From: an uncultured Rhodobiaceae bacterium
GTDB lineage: Bacteria; Pseudomonadota; Alphaproteobacteria; Parvibaculales; Parvibaculaceae
Reading direction: 5' to 3'
NCBI GenBank assembly: GCA_913057645.1
Contig: CAJXOU010000005.1
Location: 5,060-69,059, forward strand
Length of the DNA stretch: 64,000 bases
In this document: in pieces, positions 10,461-24,917 of the stretch
Layout of the letters: every line of letters begins with the position of its first letter
How positions within the stretch are numbered: the first letter of the stretch is position 1
Translations under genes and position numbers: made by a program
Notes under the pieces: model-generated
The model's input: the letters and a program-made list of their open reading frames with translations, nothing else
Databases searched by the model: none
Told to the model about the DNA's origin: nothing

Positions 10461-11795
10461 CTATCCGTTGTCCTTGAGGATGTGGCCCGCAAGATAGAGC
10501 GATCCGCAAATGAGGACGCGCGGTGTCGCACGTCCCGCAGCAACGCCGAGCCTTGCCAACGCGTCATTCAGCGAGGAGGCGGCGCTTGCGCTCAAGCCGG
10601 CGCCCTCGGCGGCGGCCGCCAGGCTTTCGGCAGAAAGGCTGGCATCCGCGTCGGGAATCCGGATCGTTTCCACATGGGCGGCGAGCCCGCGGAACGCGGC
10701 GAAGAAACCGCCTGCGTCCTTCGTCTCCAGCATTCCCGACAGAAGCAGCAGCGGCCGCGCCTCGCCCGGCGCATCGTGCTGCGCGAGATCGGCGAGCGCC
10801 TCCGCGACGGCGCGCCCCGCAGCCGGGTTGTGTCCGCCGTCGAGCCAGACCTCCGTTCCTTCCGGCAGATACTGGAATATCGGTCCGCGTGTCAGGCGCT
10901 GCAGCCGGGCTGGCCACTCCGCATGCGCGAGACCTTGCGCGATTGCGTCCCGTTCGAGCGGCAGCGCGCCGGCTTGCCTTAGCGCGCATATGGCGACGCC
11001 CGCATTGTCGATCTGGTGCCGTCCGGGAAGGCGCGGCAGAGGGAGGTCGAGAAGCCCCGCCTCATCCTGATAGACGAGGGCGCCCGCCTCTTCATGTGCC
11101 GTGAAATCCTGCCCGTGAACGAAGAGCGGCGCTCCCGCCTTTGCGGCGGCTTTCTCGATCGCGGCGAGCGCTTCGTCGGGTTGCGGTCCGATGACCGCGG
11201 GCACGCCTCTTTTCAGAATGCCCGCCTTCTCCGTCGCGATGAGCGTGAGCGTGTCGCCGAGAAACGACTGGTGGTCGAGGTCGACAGGTGTGATGACGCT
11301 GACGGCCGGTTTGTCGACCACATTCGTCGTGTCGAGACGCCCGCCCATGCCGACTTCGAGAATGAGTGCGTCGGCGGGCGCCCGCGAAAAGGCGAGGAGG
11401 GCGGCACCCGTCGTTATCTCGAAGAAAGTGATCGGTTCGCCTGCATTTGCCCGTTCGCATTCGTCGAGAAGCCGCGAGAGATCGCTCTCCTCGATCGGCG
11501 CACTGTGCGGCTTGCCTGCAAGGCGGATTCGTTCGTGAAAGCGGACGAGATGGGGAGAGGTATAGCTGTGGACGGCGTAATCGCCCGCCTCGAGCATGGC
11601 GCGCAGCATCGCCGCGACAGAGCCCTTGCCGTTCGTTCCCGCGATGTGGAAGACCGGCGGCAATCTTCGTTCCGGGTTGCCGAGCGCGCCGAGCAGACGC
11701 CATGTCCGCTCGAGCGACAGATCGATCAGCTTCGGATGGAGTTTCGTCAGCCGTTGAAGAATGACATCGCTTTGGACGAGTGCGTCGTCGCTCAC
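10461..11795 (-). CDS. folC: Bifunctional folylpolyglutamate synthase / dihydrofolate synthase
   Basis: Mur-ligase family P-loop [10 protein letters not shown]. Classic accD-folC linkage with a 4-nt overlap. Confidence 0.9.
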   Translation of the reverse strand: MSDDALVQSDVILQRLTKLHPKLIDLSLERTWRLLGALGNPERRLPPVFHIAGTNGKGSVAAMLRAMLEAGDYAVHSYTSPHLVRFHERIRLAGKPHSAPIEESDLSRLLDECERANAGEPITFFEITTGAALLAFSRAPADALILEVGMGGRLDTTNVVDKPAVSVITPVDLDHQSFLGDTLTLIATEKAGILKRGVPAVIGPQPDEALAAIEKAAAKAGAPLFVHGQDFTAHEEAGALVYQDEAGLLDLPLPRLPGRHQIDNAGVAICALRQAGALPLERDAIAQGLAHAEWPARLQRLTRGPIFQYLPEGTEVWLDGGHNPAAGRAVAEALADLAQHDAPGEARPLLLLSGMLETKDAGGFFAAFRGLAAHVETIRIPDADASLSAESLAAAAEGAGLSASAASSLNDALARLGVAAGRATPRVLICGSLYLAGHILKDNG

Positions 11796-12706
11796 GGGGC
11801 TGACGATGCGGCGACGGTCGCCGGAACATTGGCGCTCTGCTGCTTCGCACTGCGCGGCCGATGGGTCATCAGCCGGACGAGGCGGGCGAGCGTATCCTTC
11901 ATCTTGTGTCGATGGACGATCATGTCGACCATACCGTGCTCAAGCTGGAATTCGGCCGACTGGAAGTCGTCGGGCAGTTTCTCGCGGATCGTCTGCTCAA
12001 TGACGCGGCGTCCCGAAAAGCCGATCAGCGCCTTGGGTTCGGCGACATGGATGTCGCCCAGCATGGCGTAGGAGGCGAGAACGCCGCCGGTCGTCGGGTC
12101 GGTAAGAACCACGATGAAGGGAAGTCCCGCCTCGCGCAGCAGTTGCAGCGCAACCGTCGTGCGCGGCATCTGCATGAGCGAAAGAATGCCTTCCTGCATG
12201 CGCGCACCGCCGGCCGCCGTAAAGAGGATATAGGGTGCCTTCTTCTCGAGCGCGACTTCCGCGCCCTTGATGATGGCCTCGCCTGCGGCCATGCCGAGCG
12301 ATCCGCCCATGAAGGAGAAATCTTCGATTGCGATCACGGTCTCGACGCCGTCGAGCGGTCCGTGTGCCACTGTCACCGCGTCGTCGCGTCCGGTTTTGGT
12401 GCGCGCTTCCTTCAGGCGGTCGGGGTATTTCTTCTGGTCGCGAAATTTCAGGGGGTCGAGCGCGACGGCGTCCGTCGCGATGAGCTGGTAGTCGCTCTTG
12501 TCGAAGAGGGCAGCGAAGCGTTCCTTCGTGCCGAGACGCATGTGATGGTCGCAGTTCGGGCAGACGCGCATCGCCGCTTCGAGATCGCGATGGAAGATCA
12601 TCTCGCCGCACGAAGAGCACTTGTGCCAGAGATTGTCCGGCGTCTGCTGCTTCTTGTTGAAGACCCGCTGGATCTTCGGACGAACGACATTGTTGATCCA
12701 GTTCAT
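11792..12706 (-). CDS. accD: Acetyl-CoA carboxylase carboxyltransferase beta subunit
   Basis: N-terminus MNWINNV.., a Zn-ribbon CSSCGE..CPNCDHH, and a carboxyltransferase core. Start moved to ATG 12706. Confidence 0.9.
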   Translation of the reverse strand: MNWINNVVRPKIQRVFNKKQQTPDNLWHKCSSCGEMIFHRDLEAAMRVCPNCDHHMRLGTKERFAALFDKSDYQLIATDAVALDPLKFRDQKKYPDRLKEARTKTGRDDAVTVAHGPLDGVETVIAIEDFSFMGGSLGMAAGEAIIKGAEVALEKKAPYILFTAAGGARMQEGILSLMQMPRTTVALQLLREAGLPFIVVLTDPTTGGVLASYAMLGDIHVAEPKALIGFSGRRVIEQTIREKLPDDFQSAEFQLEHGMVDMIVHRHKMKDTLARLVRLMTHRPRSAKQQSANVPATVAASSAP

Positions 12707-12719
12707 CGCATGAACTCCC

Positions 12720-13559
12720 TTACTCGGCCGCCGCCGCCCGGGCGTGGTGAACGCCATCGGCAAGCGACCGGACAAAAGCCAGAACGCGCTCCGCGGCGCC
12801 GGACTTGATGGCGCCATTGGCATCTATCTCTCGCGCGATGGCATCGACGATGGCGGAGCCGACGACTGCCCCATCGGCGGCACGCGCAATATCGGCTGCC
12901 TGTTCCGGCGTCTTGATTCCGAAGCCAACGGCAACGGGAAGTGAGGTATGCCGTTTGATCCGCGCCACGGATTCCGCGACATTGCGCGCTTCCGGGCTCG
13001 CCGAGCCTGTGATGCCGGTGATCGAGACATAATAGACGAAGCCCGAGGTGTTCGCGAGAACGGCAGGCAGTCTCTTGTCGTCCGTCGTCGGCGTTGCGAG
13101 ACGGATGAAGTTGAGCCCGGCTTTCAGTGCCGGCACGCACAACTCGTCGTCTTCTTCCGGCGGCAGATCGACCACGATCAGCCCGTCGACGCCCGCTTCG
13201 CAGGCGCGCGTGAGAAAGGTTTCGACACCCATGTGGTATATCGGGTTGTAGTAACCCATGAGCACGATGGGCGTCTCGTTGTCGGTTTCGCGGAAACGGC
13301 GGACGAGCTCGAGCGTCTTCAGCATTGTTGCGCCGCTGCGAAGCGCACGCTGCGACGACGCCTGGATTGCGGGGCCGTCGGCCATCGGATCGGTAAACGG
13401 CATGCCGAGTTCGATCACGTCGGCCCCCGCGCCGGGCAGGCCTTTGAGCACGCTGAAGGACAACTCCGCGTCGGGATCGCCTGCCGTGATGAAGGTAACG
13501 AAGGCAGCGCGGCCTTCCGCCTTCAAGCGGGAGAAGCGTTTATCCAGCCGTGTCGTCAC
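12720..13559 (-). CDS. trpA: Tryptophan synthase alpha chain
   Basis: TrpA motifs ([18 protein letters not shown]). GTG start at 13559 forms a GTGA overlap with the trpB stop. Confidence 0.9.
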   Translation of the reverse strand: MTTRLDKRFSRLKAEGRAAFVTFITAGDPDAELSFSVLKGLPGAGADVIELGMPFTDPMADGPAIQASSQRALRSGATMLKTLELVRRFRETDNETPIVLMGYYNPIYHMGVETFLTRACEAGVDGLIVVDLPPEEDDELCVPALKAGLNFIRLATPTTDDKRLPAVLANTSGFVYYVSITGITGSASPEARNVAESVARIKRHTSLPVAVGFGIKTPEQAADIARAADGAVVGSAIVDAIAREIDANGAIKSGAAERVLAFVRSLADGVHHARAAAAE

Positions 13560-14773
13560 AACGTCACCCCCAGATGATCCGCGACGGCGAACACATCCTT
13601 GTCGCCGCGACCGCACATGTTCATCACCATGAGATGATCTTTCGGAAGCTTCGGGGCGATCTTGCTCACAAAGGCGAGCGCATGCGCGGGTTCGAGCGCG
13701 GGAATGATGCCTTCCAGACGCGAGCAGAGCTGGAAGGCGTCCAGCGCTTCCCGATCCGTCGCCGAGACATATTCGGCGCGCCCGGATTCATGGAGCCACG
13801 CATGCTCTGGTCCTATGCCGGGATAGTCGAGCCCGGCTGAAATCGAATGACCGTCCTTGATCTGTCCGTCGTCGTCCTGCAGCAGATAGGTGCGATTGCC
13901 ATGGAGAACGCCCGGCGCGCCGCCTTTGAGCGAAGCGCAATGCTCTCCCGTCTCGATCCCGCGGCCCGCCGCTTCGACGCCGTATATCTTCACGGATGGT
14001 TCGTCGAGGAAGGGATGGAAGAGGCCCATCGCATTCGAGCCGCCGCCGATGCAGGCGACGACGCTGTCCGGCAGGCGCCCTTCGCGCTCCATCATCTGCT
14101 GGCGCGTCTCCTGTCCGATGACGGACTGGAAGTCGCGCACCATCGCAGGATAGGGATGCGGGCCCGCGACCGTTCCGATCAGGTAATAGGTGCTCTCGAC
14201 ATTCGTCACCCAGTCGCGCAGCGCTTCGTTCATCGCATCTTTCAGCGTGCCGGTCCCCGATGTGACGGGAATGACTTCGGCGCCGAGCAGCTTCATCCGG
14301 AAGACGTTGGGCTTCTGCCGCTCGATGTCGGTGGTACCCATGTAGATCACGCAGGGAAGCCCGAACCGCGCACAGACCGTCGCCGTCGCAACGCCGTGCT
14401 GCCCCGCGCCCGTCTCCGCAATGATGCGCGTCTTGCCCATGCGCCGGGCGAGCAGAATCTGCCCGAGGCAATTGTTGATCTTGTGGCTGCCGGTATGGTT
14501 GAGCTCGTCGCGCTTCAGGTAAACCTTCGCGCCGTCGAAATGCTCGGTGAGGCGTTCGGCCAGATAGAGCGGGCTCGGCCTTCCGACGTAATCGCGTTGC
14601 ATGAAGTCGATTTCTGCCTGAAAGGCCGGGTCGGCTTTCGCGTCTGAATAGGCCTTCTCGAGATCGAGCACGAGCGGCATCAGCGTTTCGGCGACGAAGC
14701 GGCCGCCGAAAATGCCGAAACGTCCGCGTTCATCCGGTCCGCTTCTCAGTGAATTTGCTTTGGCCGCGCTCAA
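13556..14773 (-). CDS. trpB: Tryptophan synthase beta chain
   Basis: 405 aa with the PLP-lysine region [11 protein letters not shown] and GGGSNAMG. Confidence 0.95.
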   Translation of the reverse strand: MSAAKANSLRSGPDERGRFGIFGGRFVAETLMPLVLDLEKAYSDAKADPAFQAEIDFMQRDYVGRPSPLYLAERLTEHFDGAKVYLKRDELNHTGSHKINNCLGQILLARRMGKTRIIAETGAGQHGVATATVCARFGLPCVIYMGTTDIERQKPNVFRMKLLGAEVIPVTSGTGTLKDAMNEALRDWVTNVESTYYLIGTVAGPHPYPAMVRDFQSVIGQETRQQMMEREGRLPDSVVACIGGGSNAMGLFHPFLDEPSVKIYGVEAAGRGIETGEHCASLKGGAPGVLHGNRTYLLQDDDGQIKDGHSISAGLDYPGIGPEHAWLHESGRAEYVSATDREALDAFQLCSRLEGIIPALEPAHALAFVSKIAPKLPKDHLMVMNMCGRGDKDVFAVADHLGVTL

Positions 14774-14802
14774 GATAACTCTCTTTCAGTATCGCTTTTC
14801 TC

Positions 14803-15450
14803 TCAGGTCGCTTGCGCTGCCTTGATGAAAGCCTCGATCAGCTCAGGCGATTTGTGGCCGGGCGCGGTTTCGACGCCCGAGGATACGTCCACGGCTTCCG
14901 CGCCGGTTATCCTGACCGCCTCTCCGACATTCTCCGCGTTGAGCCCGCCCGAGAGCATCCAGGGCAGGCCCGGCCGGTGGCCGGCAATCAGCGACCAGTC
15001 GAAGACGAGACCGTTTCCGCCCGGCAGTGCGCCTGCCATAGATTTAGGTGGTTTGGCGTCGAACAGCAACAAATCGGCGGAATCGCGGTAAATATCCGCG
15101 CTTTCCGGGTCTCCGGGCTCCGATATGCCGATGGCTTTCATCAAGGGAAGCCCGTAGCGGGACTTGAGTTCCATGAGGCGCGCGGGCGTCTCCGCGCCGT
15201 GAAGCTGCAATATGTCGGGATCGAGCGCCGCGACCACGGCGTCGAGCGTCTCGTTGTCGGCGTCGAGTGTGAGTGCCACCTTCGCAACCGTCGATGGCAT
15301 GTCGGCGGCGAGCGTCGACGCCGTTTCACAGGACACATATCGCGAACTTCTCGCGATGAAGTTGAAACCGAGATAGTCGGCGCCGGCGCCGATTGCGGCT
15401 TCGACCGTTTCCCGGGTCGACAGGCCACAAATTTTGACGCGGGTTGTCAT
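14803..15450 (-). CDS. trpF: Phosphoribosylanthranilate isomerase
   Basis: Begins MTTRVKICGL, the typical TrpF N-terminus. Lies upstream of trpBA. Start moved to ATG 15450. Confidence 0.85.
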   Translation of the reverse strand: MTTRVKICGLSTRETVEAAIGAGADYLGFNFIARSSRYVSCETASTLAADMPSTVAKVALTLDADNETLDAVVAALDPDILQLHGAETPARLMELKSRYGLPLMKAIGISEPGDPESADIYRDSADLLLFDAKPPKSMAGALPGGNGLVFDWSLIAGHRPGLPWMLSGGLNAENVGEAVRITGAEAVDVSSGVETAPGHKSPELIEAFIKAAQAT

Positions 15451-15457
15451 GTCTCTC

Positions 15458-16159
15458 TCACGCTGCGAGCGATTTGCCGATTTCCTCGGCTGCCGCGCGG
15501 GGACTGCCTGCACCGGTGATGGGCCGGCCGATGACCAGTATGTCGGCCCCGAGCGACAGCGCTTCGGAGGGCGTCATCACGCGCTTTTGGTCGCCGATAT
15601 CGCTGCCTGCGGGACGGATGCCGGGTACGATGAGCGTGAAATCAGGACCGAGGTCGCGCCGCAGCATCTCGATCTCATGCGCGGAGCAGACGACGCCGTC
15701 GAGCCCTGCCGAAGCCGCAAGGCCCGCCAGACGGCGCACATGGTCCGACGGCGATCCCGAGACCCCGGTATCGGCGAGGTCTGCCTGGTCGAGGCTGGTC
15801 AGCATGGTGACGCCGATGATGAGCGGGCGTCCGGCGCCTGCTTCCCTCGCCGCGTCTGCCGCCGCCCGCATCATGGCGCTGCCGCCTGCCGTGTGCACGT
15901 TCACGATAGCGGGCTTGAGCGGCAGAACCGCGCGGATACCGCCCGCGACGGTGTTCGGGATGTCATGAAGCTTCAGGTCGAGAAAGATCGGAAGGCCGGT
16001 TTCCGCAACTGCCTGATAGCCGGCCGGGCCCTGCGCATTGAAGAATTCCATGCCGAGCTTGATGCCGCCGACGCGTCCTTCGAGATCGCGCGCAAGAGCG
16101 ATGGCGCGGCTGATCTCAGTTGTGTCGAGAGCGCAGAAAACGGGATTTTCGAGCTTCAT
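15458..16159 (-). CDS. pyrF: Orotidine 5'-phosphate decarboxylase
   Basis: Type-1 OMP decarboxylase motifs FLDLKLHDIPNT and an N-terminal ALD. Confidence 0.9.
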   Translation of the reverse strand: MKLENPVFCALDTTEISRAIALARDLEGRVGGIKLGMEFFNAQGPAGYQAVAETGLPIFLDLKLHDIPNTVAGGIRAVLPLKPAIVNVHTAGGSAMMRAAADAAREAGAGRPLIIGVTMLTSLDQADLADTGVSGSPSDHVRRLAGLAASAGLDGVVCSAHEIEMLRRDLGPDFTLIVPGIRPAGSDIGDQKRVMTPSEALSLGADILVIGRPITGAGSPRAAAEEIGKSLAA

Positions 16160-16234
16160 GCGGACTTGCCCCTTGGCTTGTGGGCGCGTGATTCCGGGCC
16201 TTATAGCAGATCGTGGAAGCGCGCGGGTGCTATT

Positions 16235-16522
16235 CTAGGCCTCGTCGCGCAGCGCTGGAAGAGCGCTGCCGGAGGGCGCCGTCCGGGCTGCCTGAGCGGC
16301 CTTCTTGCGGCGCGCCTGCGCCCAGGCACCGATTCCGCCGATCAGGATACCGAGAAAGACAGAGCCCAGAATGATCAGGAAAAGGGGCACTTCGATCCCG
16401 AGCGCCGGCGTTTCCGGATCGAAGGGGTCGAGGCCGAAGGTAACGGGGGCGCGGTTTGCGATCGCAATCGCCATCGCAAGAACGATAACAGGAGGCAGGA
16501 CGAGCCAGCGCAGGAGTTTCAA
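16235..16522 (-). CDS. LapA/DUF1049-family inner-membrane protein
   Basis: 95 aa with two predicted TM helices and a basic tail. Occupies the conserved position downstream of ihfB. Confidence 0.6.
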   Translation of the reverse strand: MKLLRWLVLPPVIVLAMAIAIANRAPVTFGLDPFDPETPALGIEVPLFLIILGSVFLGILIGGIGAWAQARRKKAAQAARTAPSGSALPALRDEA

Positions 16523-16575
16523 CGGGCGGATTCCTGTCCAGAGTGATCCAGCAAAGACGGTTCCGGCGGCGAGGG

Positions 16576-16911
16576 TCAGTCGTCGCTGTCGTCGTTGTCG
16601 TCGTGAGACATGAGCTTGTCGTCGGCGATGTCGGCATTGTTGAGCCGCTCGCGCAGTTCCTTGCCCGTCTTGAAGAAGGGCACCGACTTTTCCTCGACGT
16701 GAACGGGTTCTCCGGTCCGGGGATTGCGCCCCGTGCGGGCAGGCCGGTTCTTGACAGAAAAGGCACCGAAACCGCGCAGTTCCACCCGGTCTCCGCGGGC
16801 AAGGGCCGCGCTGATTTCATCGAAGATCGTGCTGACGATGCGTTCGACGTCGCGCTGGTAAAGATGAGGATTGGCTTGGGCGAGACGGGCGACGAGTTCC
16901 GATTTGATCAT
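16576..16911 (-). CDS. ihfB: Integration host factor beta subunit
   Basis: HU/IHF fold (MIKSELV.., [23 protein letters not shown]). Carries an unusual acidic C-terminal tail ([15 protein letters not shown]). Confidence 0.9.
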   Translation of the reverse strand: MIKSELVARLAQANPHLYQRDVERIVSTIFDEISAALARGDRVELRGFGAFSVKNRPARTGRNPRTGEPVHVEEKSVPFFKTGKELRERLNNADIADDKLMSHDDNDDSDD

Positions 16912-16983
16912 TTCCTTGCGTCCCCCGGCTTCGCCTCACCGCGCTTCCCCCGCTTGCCGGAAACGGCGGGAACCTGCTTTCAT

Positions 16984-17928
16984 TTACCGGTCAGGTTGCC
17001 AAAGGCTCGTCAGACCGTCAAGTGTAAGTCGTTTTGTTTGCTGTGTTTTTCCGGTCAGACCATCGGCGGCGACCACCGTCGCCTCGCCAAGTGCCTGGCC
17101 CACGAAGCCGGCGAACCCGAGTTCGGGATAGGCAGGCACCCAATCGGTCACCGGCAGGTCTTCATCGACGTCATGGGTTTCGGCGAGCCAGGCGATCGCG
17201 GCCTCTTCGCCGCCGAGTTCGTCCACCAGCCCGTTTTCGACCGCCTGCCAGCCCGTATAGATGCGCCCGTCTCCTACCCGCCGTGCGGTCGCTTCGTCCA
17301 TCTTGCGGCGCTCGGCAACCAGCCTGAGGAACCAGTCATAGGAGCTGTCGATCAGTTCCTGGGTGACCTTGATCGACCTGGGATCGGCCTTGTGAAAGGG
17401 GCTCGGTTCGGCCTTGAGCGGCGAGGATTTCACTTCGCGCATCTGGACGCCGATATTGTCGAGCAGATCCTCAAGCTGCGTCCACTGGAAGAGAACGCCG
17501 ATGGAGCCTGTGATGGTGTTGCCGCGGGCGACGATATGGTCCGCCGATATTGCAGCTATGTAGCCCCCGGAAGCGGCCACCGTGCCGAGAACGGCGACGA
17601 CGGGCTTCTTTTCCGAAAGATCGCGCACGGATTCGTACAGGGCTTCGGCGCCCGTCGTGGTGCCACCCGGGCTGTCGATCGAGAGAATGACGGCTTTGAC
17701 GCTGTCGTCCTCGCCGATCCGTTCCAGCATGTCCTGCTGATAACGGTCGTCGACGATCACGCCGCCGATCGTGACGCGCGCGATATGCGTCCGGTTGAAG
17801 CTCAGTCCACCTTCCGCAAGTACGACGACCACCGCCACGAGAACGGCGATGACGGCGCCGGCGCGCCAGAGGAACAGCCGCCGCTTGAGACGTCGCCTGT
17901 CTGCGAGTGTATCGGCGTCGAGTGACAA
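16984..17928 (-). CDS. sppA: Signal peptide peptidase SppA (36K type)
   Basis: N-terminal TM segment and a ClpP/crotonase-like S49 peptidase core (SPGGT.., AASGGY). Confidence 0.85.
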   Translation of the reverse strand: MSLDADTLADRRRLKRRLFLWRAGAVIAVLVAVVVVLAEGGLSFNRTHIARVTIGGVIVDDRYQQDMLERIGEDDSVKAVILSIDSPGGTTTGAEALYESVRDLSEKKPVVAVLGTVAASGGYIAAISADHIVARGNTITGSIGVLFQWTQLEDLLDNIGVQMREVKSSPLKAEPSPFHKADPRSIKVTQELIDSSYDWFLRLVAERRKMDEATARRVGDGRIYTGWQAVENGLVDELGGEEAAIAWLAETHDVDEDLPVTDWVPAYPELGFAGFVGQALGEATVVAADGLTGKTQQTKRLTLDGLTSLWQPDR

Positions 17929-18031
17929 GGGAGAGATCCTCCAGGTCAGAACATCCGGGACCCGGAGCTTAACGTGGCCTGCGAAAGAGTAAACGGTTTC
18001 GCTGCCGGATCGTTATGGCAGATGGGAAATG

Positions 18032-18060
18032 CCGGTGGCGCGGCAGTACCGCGCCACCGG
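18032..18060 (-). terminator. Stem-loop terminator downstream of rpsA
   Basis: Perfect 12-bp stem CCGGTGGCGCGG/CCGCGCCACCGG with a 5-nt loop, starting 7 nt after the rpsA stop. The U-tract is weak. Confidence 0.5.
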
Positions 18061-18066
18061 ATCGTC

Positions 18067-19776
18067 TTACTTGTCGTCGGTGCTGGCCTTGTTCAGGGCC
18101 GCTCCGAGAATGTCGCCGAGCGAGGCGCCCGAGTCGGACGAACCGTACTGGGCGACCGCTTCCTTCTCTTCCGCGATCTCCAGCGCCTTGACGGAAAGCT
18201 GGATCTTGCGGGCGGCGCGGTCGAACTGCGTCACGCGGGCATCGACCTTGTCGCCGACGGCGAAGCGCTCGGGGCGCTGATCACCGCGGTCGCGGGCGAG
18301 TTCTGCACGGCGGATGAAGGCCTGCATGCTGTCGTCGCCGACACTCACCTCAAGACCGTTGTCCGTGACGCTGGTCACCGTGCAGGTAACGACGGCGCCC
18401 TTGCGGATATCGCCGAGGCTTTCCATCGGATCGCCGCCGAGCTGCTTGATGCCGAGCGAGATGCGTTCCTTCTCGGTGTCGACGTCGAGCACCTGAGCCT
18501 TGACGACCTGGCCCTTCTGGTAGTCCTGCATGGCTTCTTCGCCGGCGCGGTTCCAGTCGAGATCCGACATGTGCACCATGCCGTCCACGTCGGCATCGAG
18601 ACCGATGAACAGACCGAACTCGGTGATGTTCTTGATCTCGCCCTCAACGACCGTGCCGGGCGGGAAGCGCTCGGCAAAAGTGGTCCAGGGGTTGTCCATG
18701 CAGTGCTTCAGGCCGAGCGAGATGCGGCGCTTCACCGGATCGACTTCCAGCACCATCACTTCCACTTCCTGCGAGGTGGAAACGATCTTGCCCGGATGCA
18801 CGTTCTTCTTCGTCCAGCTCATTTCGGAAACATGGACGAGGCCTTCGACGCCCGGCTCCAGTTCGACGAACGCGCCGTAGTCGGTGATGTTCGTCACGCG
18901 GCCCTTGAAGCGCGCGTTGAGCGGATACTTGGCTTCGACGCCTTCCCACGGATCGGCTTCGAGCTGCTTCATGCCAAGCGAGATGCGCTGCGTTTCGTGG
19001 TTCACCTTGATGACCTGGACCTTCACGGTCTGGCCGATCGAGAGAACTTCCGTCGGATGGTTCACGCGGCGCCATGCAATGTCGGTGACGTGCAGCAGGC
19101 CGTCCACACCGCCGAGATCGACGAACGCGCCGTAGTCGGTGATGTTCTTGACGACGCCCTCGAGCACCTGACCTTCCTTGAGGTTCTCGACGAGTTCCTG
19201 GCGCTGTTCGGCGCGGGTCTCTTCGAGGACGGCACGGCGCGAGACGACGATGTTGCCGCGGCGCTTGTCCATCTTCAGGATCTGGAAGGGCTGCGGGATG
19301 TTCATCAGCGGCGTCACGTCGCGCACCGGGCGGATATCGACCTGGCTGCCCGGAAGGAAGGCAACGGCGCCGTCGAGGTCGACGGTGAAGCCGCCCTTCA
19401 CGCGGCCGAAGATCTGGCCGTCGACGCGCTCCTGCTTTTCGAAAGCGACTTCCAGGCGGATCCAGCTTTCTTCGCGCTTCGCCTTCTCACGGCTCAGCAC
19501 GGCCTCGCCCGCGGCGTTCTCGATGCGCTCGAGATAGACCTCGACGGTGTCGCCGACATTGATATCGGACGGCTTGCCGGGGGTGGCGAATTCTTTCAGG
19601 GGAACGCGGCCTTCGGTCTTGAGGCCCACGTCGATGATCGCAAGATCGTTTTCAATGCCGACAACCGTCCCCTTGATGACGGAACCTTCCTGCATGTTGC
19701 TGTCCGAGAAGGACTGCTCGAGAAGGGCGGCGAAATCTTCGCGGCTCGGATTGAGCGCGCTGTCTGTGTTAGCCAA
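18067..19776 (-). CDS. rpsA: 30S ribosomal protein S1
   Basis: 569 aa with six S1 repeats (recurring ..G.V..IT.YGAFV.L). The apparent start is TTG, with AGGAGA 7 nt upstream. Confidence 0.95.
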   Translation of the reverse strand: MANTDSALNPSREDFAALLEQSFSDSNMQEGSVIKGTVVGIENDLAIIDVGLKTEGRVPLKEFATPGKPSDINVGDTVEVYLERIENAAGEAVLSREKAKREESWIRLEVAFEKQERVDGQIFGRVKGGFTVDLDGAVAFLPGSQVDIRPVRDVTPLMNIPQPFQILKMDKRRGNIVVSRRAVLEETRAEQRQELVENLKEGQVLEGVVKNITDYGAFVDLGGVDGLLHVTDIAWRRVNHPTEVLSIGQTVKVQVIKVNHETQRISLGMKQLEADPWEGVEAKYPLNARFKGRVTNITDYGAFVELEPGVEGLVHVSEMSWTKKNVHPGKIVSTSQEVEVMVLEVDPVKRRISLGLKHCMDNPWTTFAERFPPGTVVEGEIKNITEFGLFIGLDADVDGMVHMSDLDWNRAGEEAMQDYQKGQVVKAQVLDVDTEKERISLGIKQLGGDPMESLGDIRKGAVVTCTVTSVTDNGLEVSVGDDSMQAFIRRAELARDRGDQRPERFAVGDKVDARVTQFDRAARKIQLSVKALEIAEEKEAVAQYGSSDSGASLGDILGAALNKASTDDK

Positions 19777-19968
19777 TAGAAGTCTCCTGACGATGCTTTT
19801 ATTCCGGCCGACGGTTGGGTCCGTGGGTCTTCCCCCGAAATCGTGAGGTGTTCGGGAGCGTGTGGATTGGGCACTCGGTTAGGGGTTGCGGATATGTCCG
19901 GAGCCGGCCGCACGTCAGAGGCTTCGCCAATGCGAAAAAGCGCGCTCGCCCCATGAGCGAAAACGCAC

Positions 19969-22784
<2,816 letters not shown>

Positions 22785-23213
22785 TTAACCAGCGACCGGC
22801 ATAGCGGCTCCGGAAAGCGTGCGCCTTTGGGCTTGTCGATCGATCCTGCGTCGTCAGAGCACACAGAACTCTCCGTGTCTGTGGACAGATCCAGGTCCGG
22901 AGCAGGCATTCGAGTTGAATGGGATGGGCGTGAGTTCGACTCCGTTCCTTTTTCCTGTTGGCTTCGCAGAAATCTCGGAACAACACTCAGCCACTGCAAA
23001 AGCCTTGCATCGCGATAGAATCGCGCTTGAGCATCTGACGGGCGTTCAGGCATCGCGTGAGCGAAGGCGGACAACAGGCTGCATGCCTCCATGACGGTTT
23101 GAACGATGAGGAAAGTGCAGGAGTTGATGCTAGGCTGACCTGGGTTGCTGGTCGCATGGCGTGGGTCCCGCCGCTGCGCCGCACGACGATGACGAGAAGG
23201 GGGAGTCTGAGAA

Positions 23214-24917
23214 ATGGAAACATCCGGTCTTTCCGCCGGTCTTTCCCATGTGAGGGGAGCGTCGACGCCGCCTCTCCGCCGGGAAACCATCGGGGCGGCT
23301 CTTTCGGCGGCCGCCGAAACCTGGCCCGAAAGGGAAGCGCTCGTCTCCGTTCATCAGGGCATCCGCTGGACATATGGCGAGTTGAACGGGAAGGCGGAGG
23401 CGCTTGCCGCCGGGCTCTTCGCTCTGGGGCTGCGGCGTGGTGACCGGCTCGGCATATGGGCGCCGAACTGCGCGGAGTGGACGCTGACGCAGTTCGCGAC
23501 GGCAAAGGCGGGCATCGTTCTCGTCAACATCAACCCGGCGTACAGGCTCTCCGAGCTCGAGTACACGCTGAACAAGGTCGGTGTTGCAGCGCTCGTCACG
23601 CCGGAGCGTTTCAAGACCTCCGAATATGTTGCGATGGTGAACGAGCTGGCGCCGGAGATCGCGCGCTCTGCGGGAACCATAGCCTCCGCCCGTCTGCCCC
23701 ATCTGAAACACGCGATCCAGATCGGCGGCATACCGGCAAAGGGCTGGCTCGGTTTCGACGATATCGCCCGCCTCGCCACCGCGGAAAGCCGCCGCGCCAT
23801 TGAGGGAACGGCGGGTGAGCTTGATTGCCGCGACCCCATCAACATCCAGTTCACGAGCGGTACGACCGGTCTGCCCAAGGGTGCGACGCTGTCGCACTTC
23901 AACATTCTCAACAACGGCTTCTTCGTCGGCCGGTCGATCGGCTTGAAGGAAGGCGACCGCCTCTGCATTCCGGTGCCGCTCTATCACTGCTTCGGCATGG
24001 TCATGGGCAATCTCGGCTGTCTCACGCATGGCGCGACGATGGTCTATCCGGCCGATGCCTTCGACCCGCTGGCCGTCCTGCAGGCGGTGGAGAAGGAGCG
24101 GTGCACGGGACTCTACGGTGTGCCGACAATGTTCATCGCGGAGCTTGGTCATCCGGAGTTCGGCAAGTTCGATCTCTCCTCGCTCCGCACGGGCTGCATG
24201 GCGGGCTCGCCCTGTCCCGTGGAGGTGATGAAGCAGGTGATCTCCCGAATGCACATGAAGGACGTCACCATCGCCTATGGCATGACGGAGACGAGCCCGG
24301 TGAGCTTCCAGACCGGCGAGGACGATCCGCTGGAGCGCCGTGTCTCGACCATCGGACGCGTACAGCCGCACCTTGAATGCAAGGTGGTGGACCTTGACGG
24401 CAAGACGGTACCGAGCGGCGAACCCGGTGAGCTCTGCACGCGGGGTTATTCCGTGATGATCGGCTATTGGGACGATGACGAGAAGACCGCCGAGGCCATC
24501 GACGCCGAGGGCTGGATGCACACGGGCGACCTCGCGACCATCGACGCGGAAGGCTATGGCAACATCGTCGGACGCCTGAAGGACATGGTGATCCGGGGCG
24601 GCGAGAATGTCTATCCGCGCGAGATCGAGGAATACCTCTACCGCCATCCGAAGGTGGAAGATGTCGCCGTGGTCGGTGTGCCGGATGAGAAGTTCGGCGA
24701 GGAGATTTGCGCCTGGGTAAAGCTCAAGCCGGGTGAAACGGCGAGCGAGGATGAGATCAAGACCTTCTGCAAGGGGCAGATCGCACACTACAAGGTGCCG
24801 CGTTATGTGCGCTTCGTTGCCGAGTTCCCGATGACCGTCACGGGCAAGGTCCAGAAGTTCCAGATTCGCGACTCCATGATCGCGGAACTGAAGCTCGACA
24901 CCGCGAAGACGGCTTGA
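23214..24917 (+). CDS. AMP-dependent acyl-CoA synthetase/ligase
   Basis: AMP-binding signature [18 protein letters not shown] plus the later [12 protein letters not shown] and GKVQK motifs. AAGGGGGAG RBS upstream. Confidence 0.85.
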   Translation: METSGLSAGLSHVRGASTPPLRRETIGAALSAAAETWPEREALVSVHQGIRWTYGELNGKAEALAAGLFALGLRRGDRLGIWAPNCAEWTLTQFATAKAGIVLVNINPAYRLSELEYTLNKVGVAALVTPERFKTSEYVAMVNELAPEIARSAGTIASARLPHLKHAIQIGGIPAKGWLGFDDIARLATAESRRAIEGTAGELDCRDPINIQFTSGTTGLPKGATLSHFNILNNGFFVGRSIGLKEGDRLCIPVPLYHCFGMVMGNLGCLTHGATMVYPADAFDPLAVLQAVEKERCTGLYGVPTMFIAELGHPEFGKFDLSSLRTGCMAGSPCPVEVMKQVISRMHMKDVTIAYGMTETSPVSFQTGEDDPLERRVSTIGRVQPHLECKVVDLDGKTVPSGEPGELCTRGYSVMIGYWDDDEKTAEAIDAEGWMHTGDLATIDAEGYGNIVGRLKDMVIRGGENVYPREIEEYLYRHPKVEDVAVVGVPDEKFGEEICAWVKLKPGETASEDEIKTFCKGQIAHYKVPRYVRFVAEFPMTVTGKVQKFQIRDSMIAELKLDTAKTA

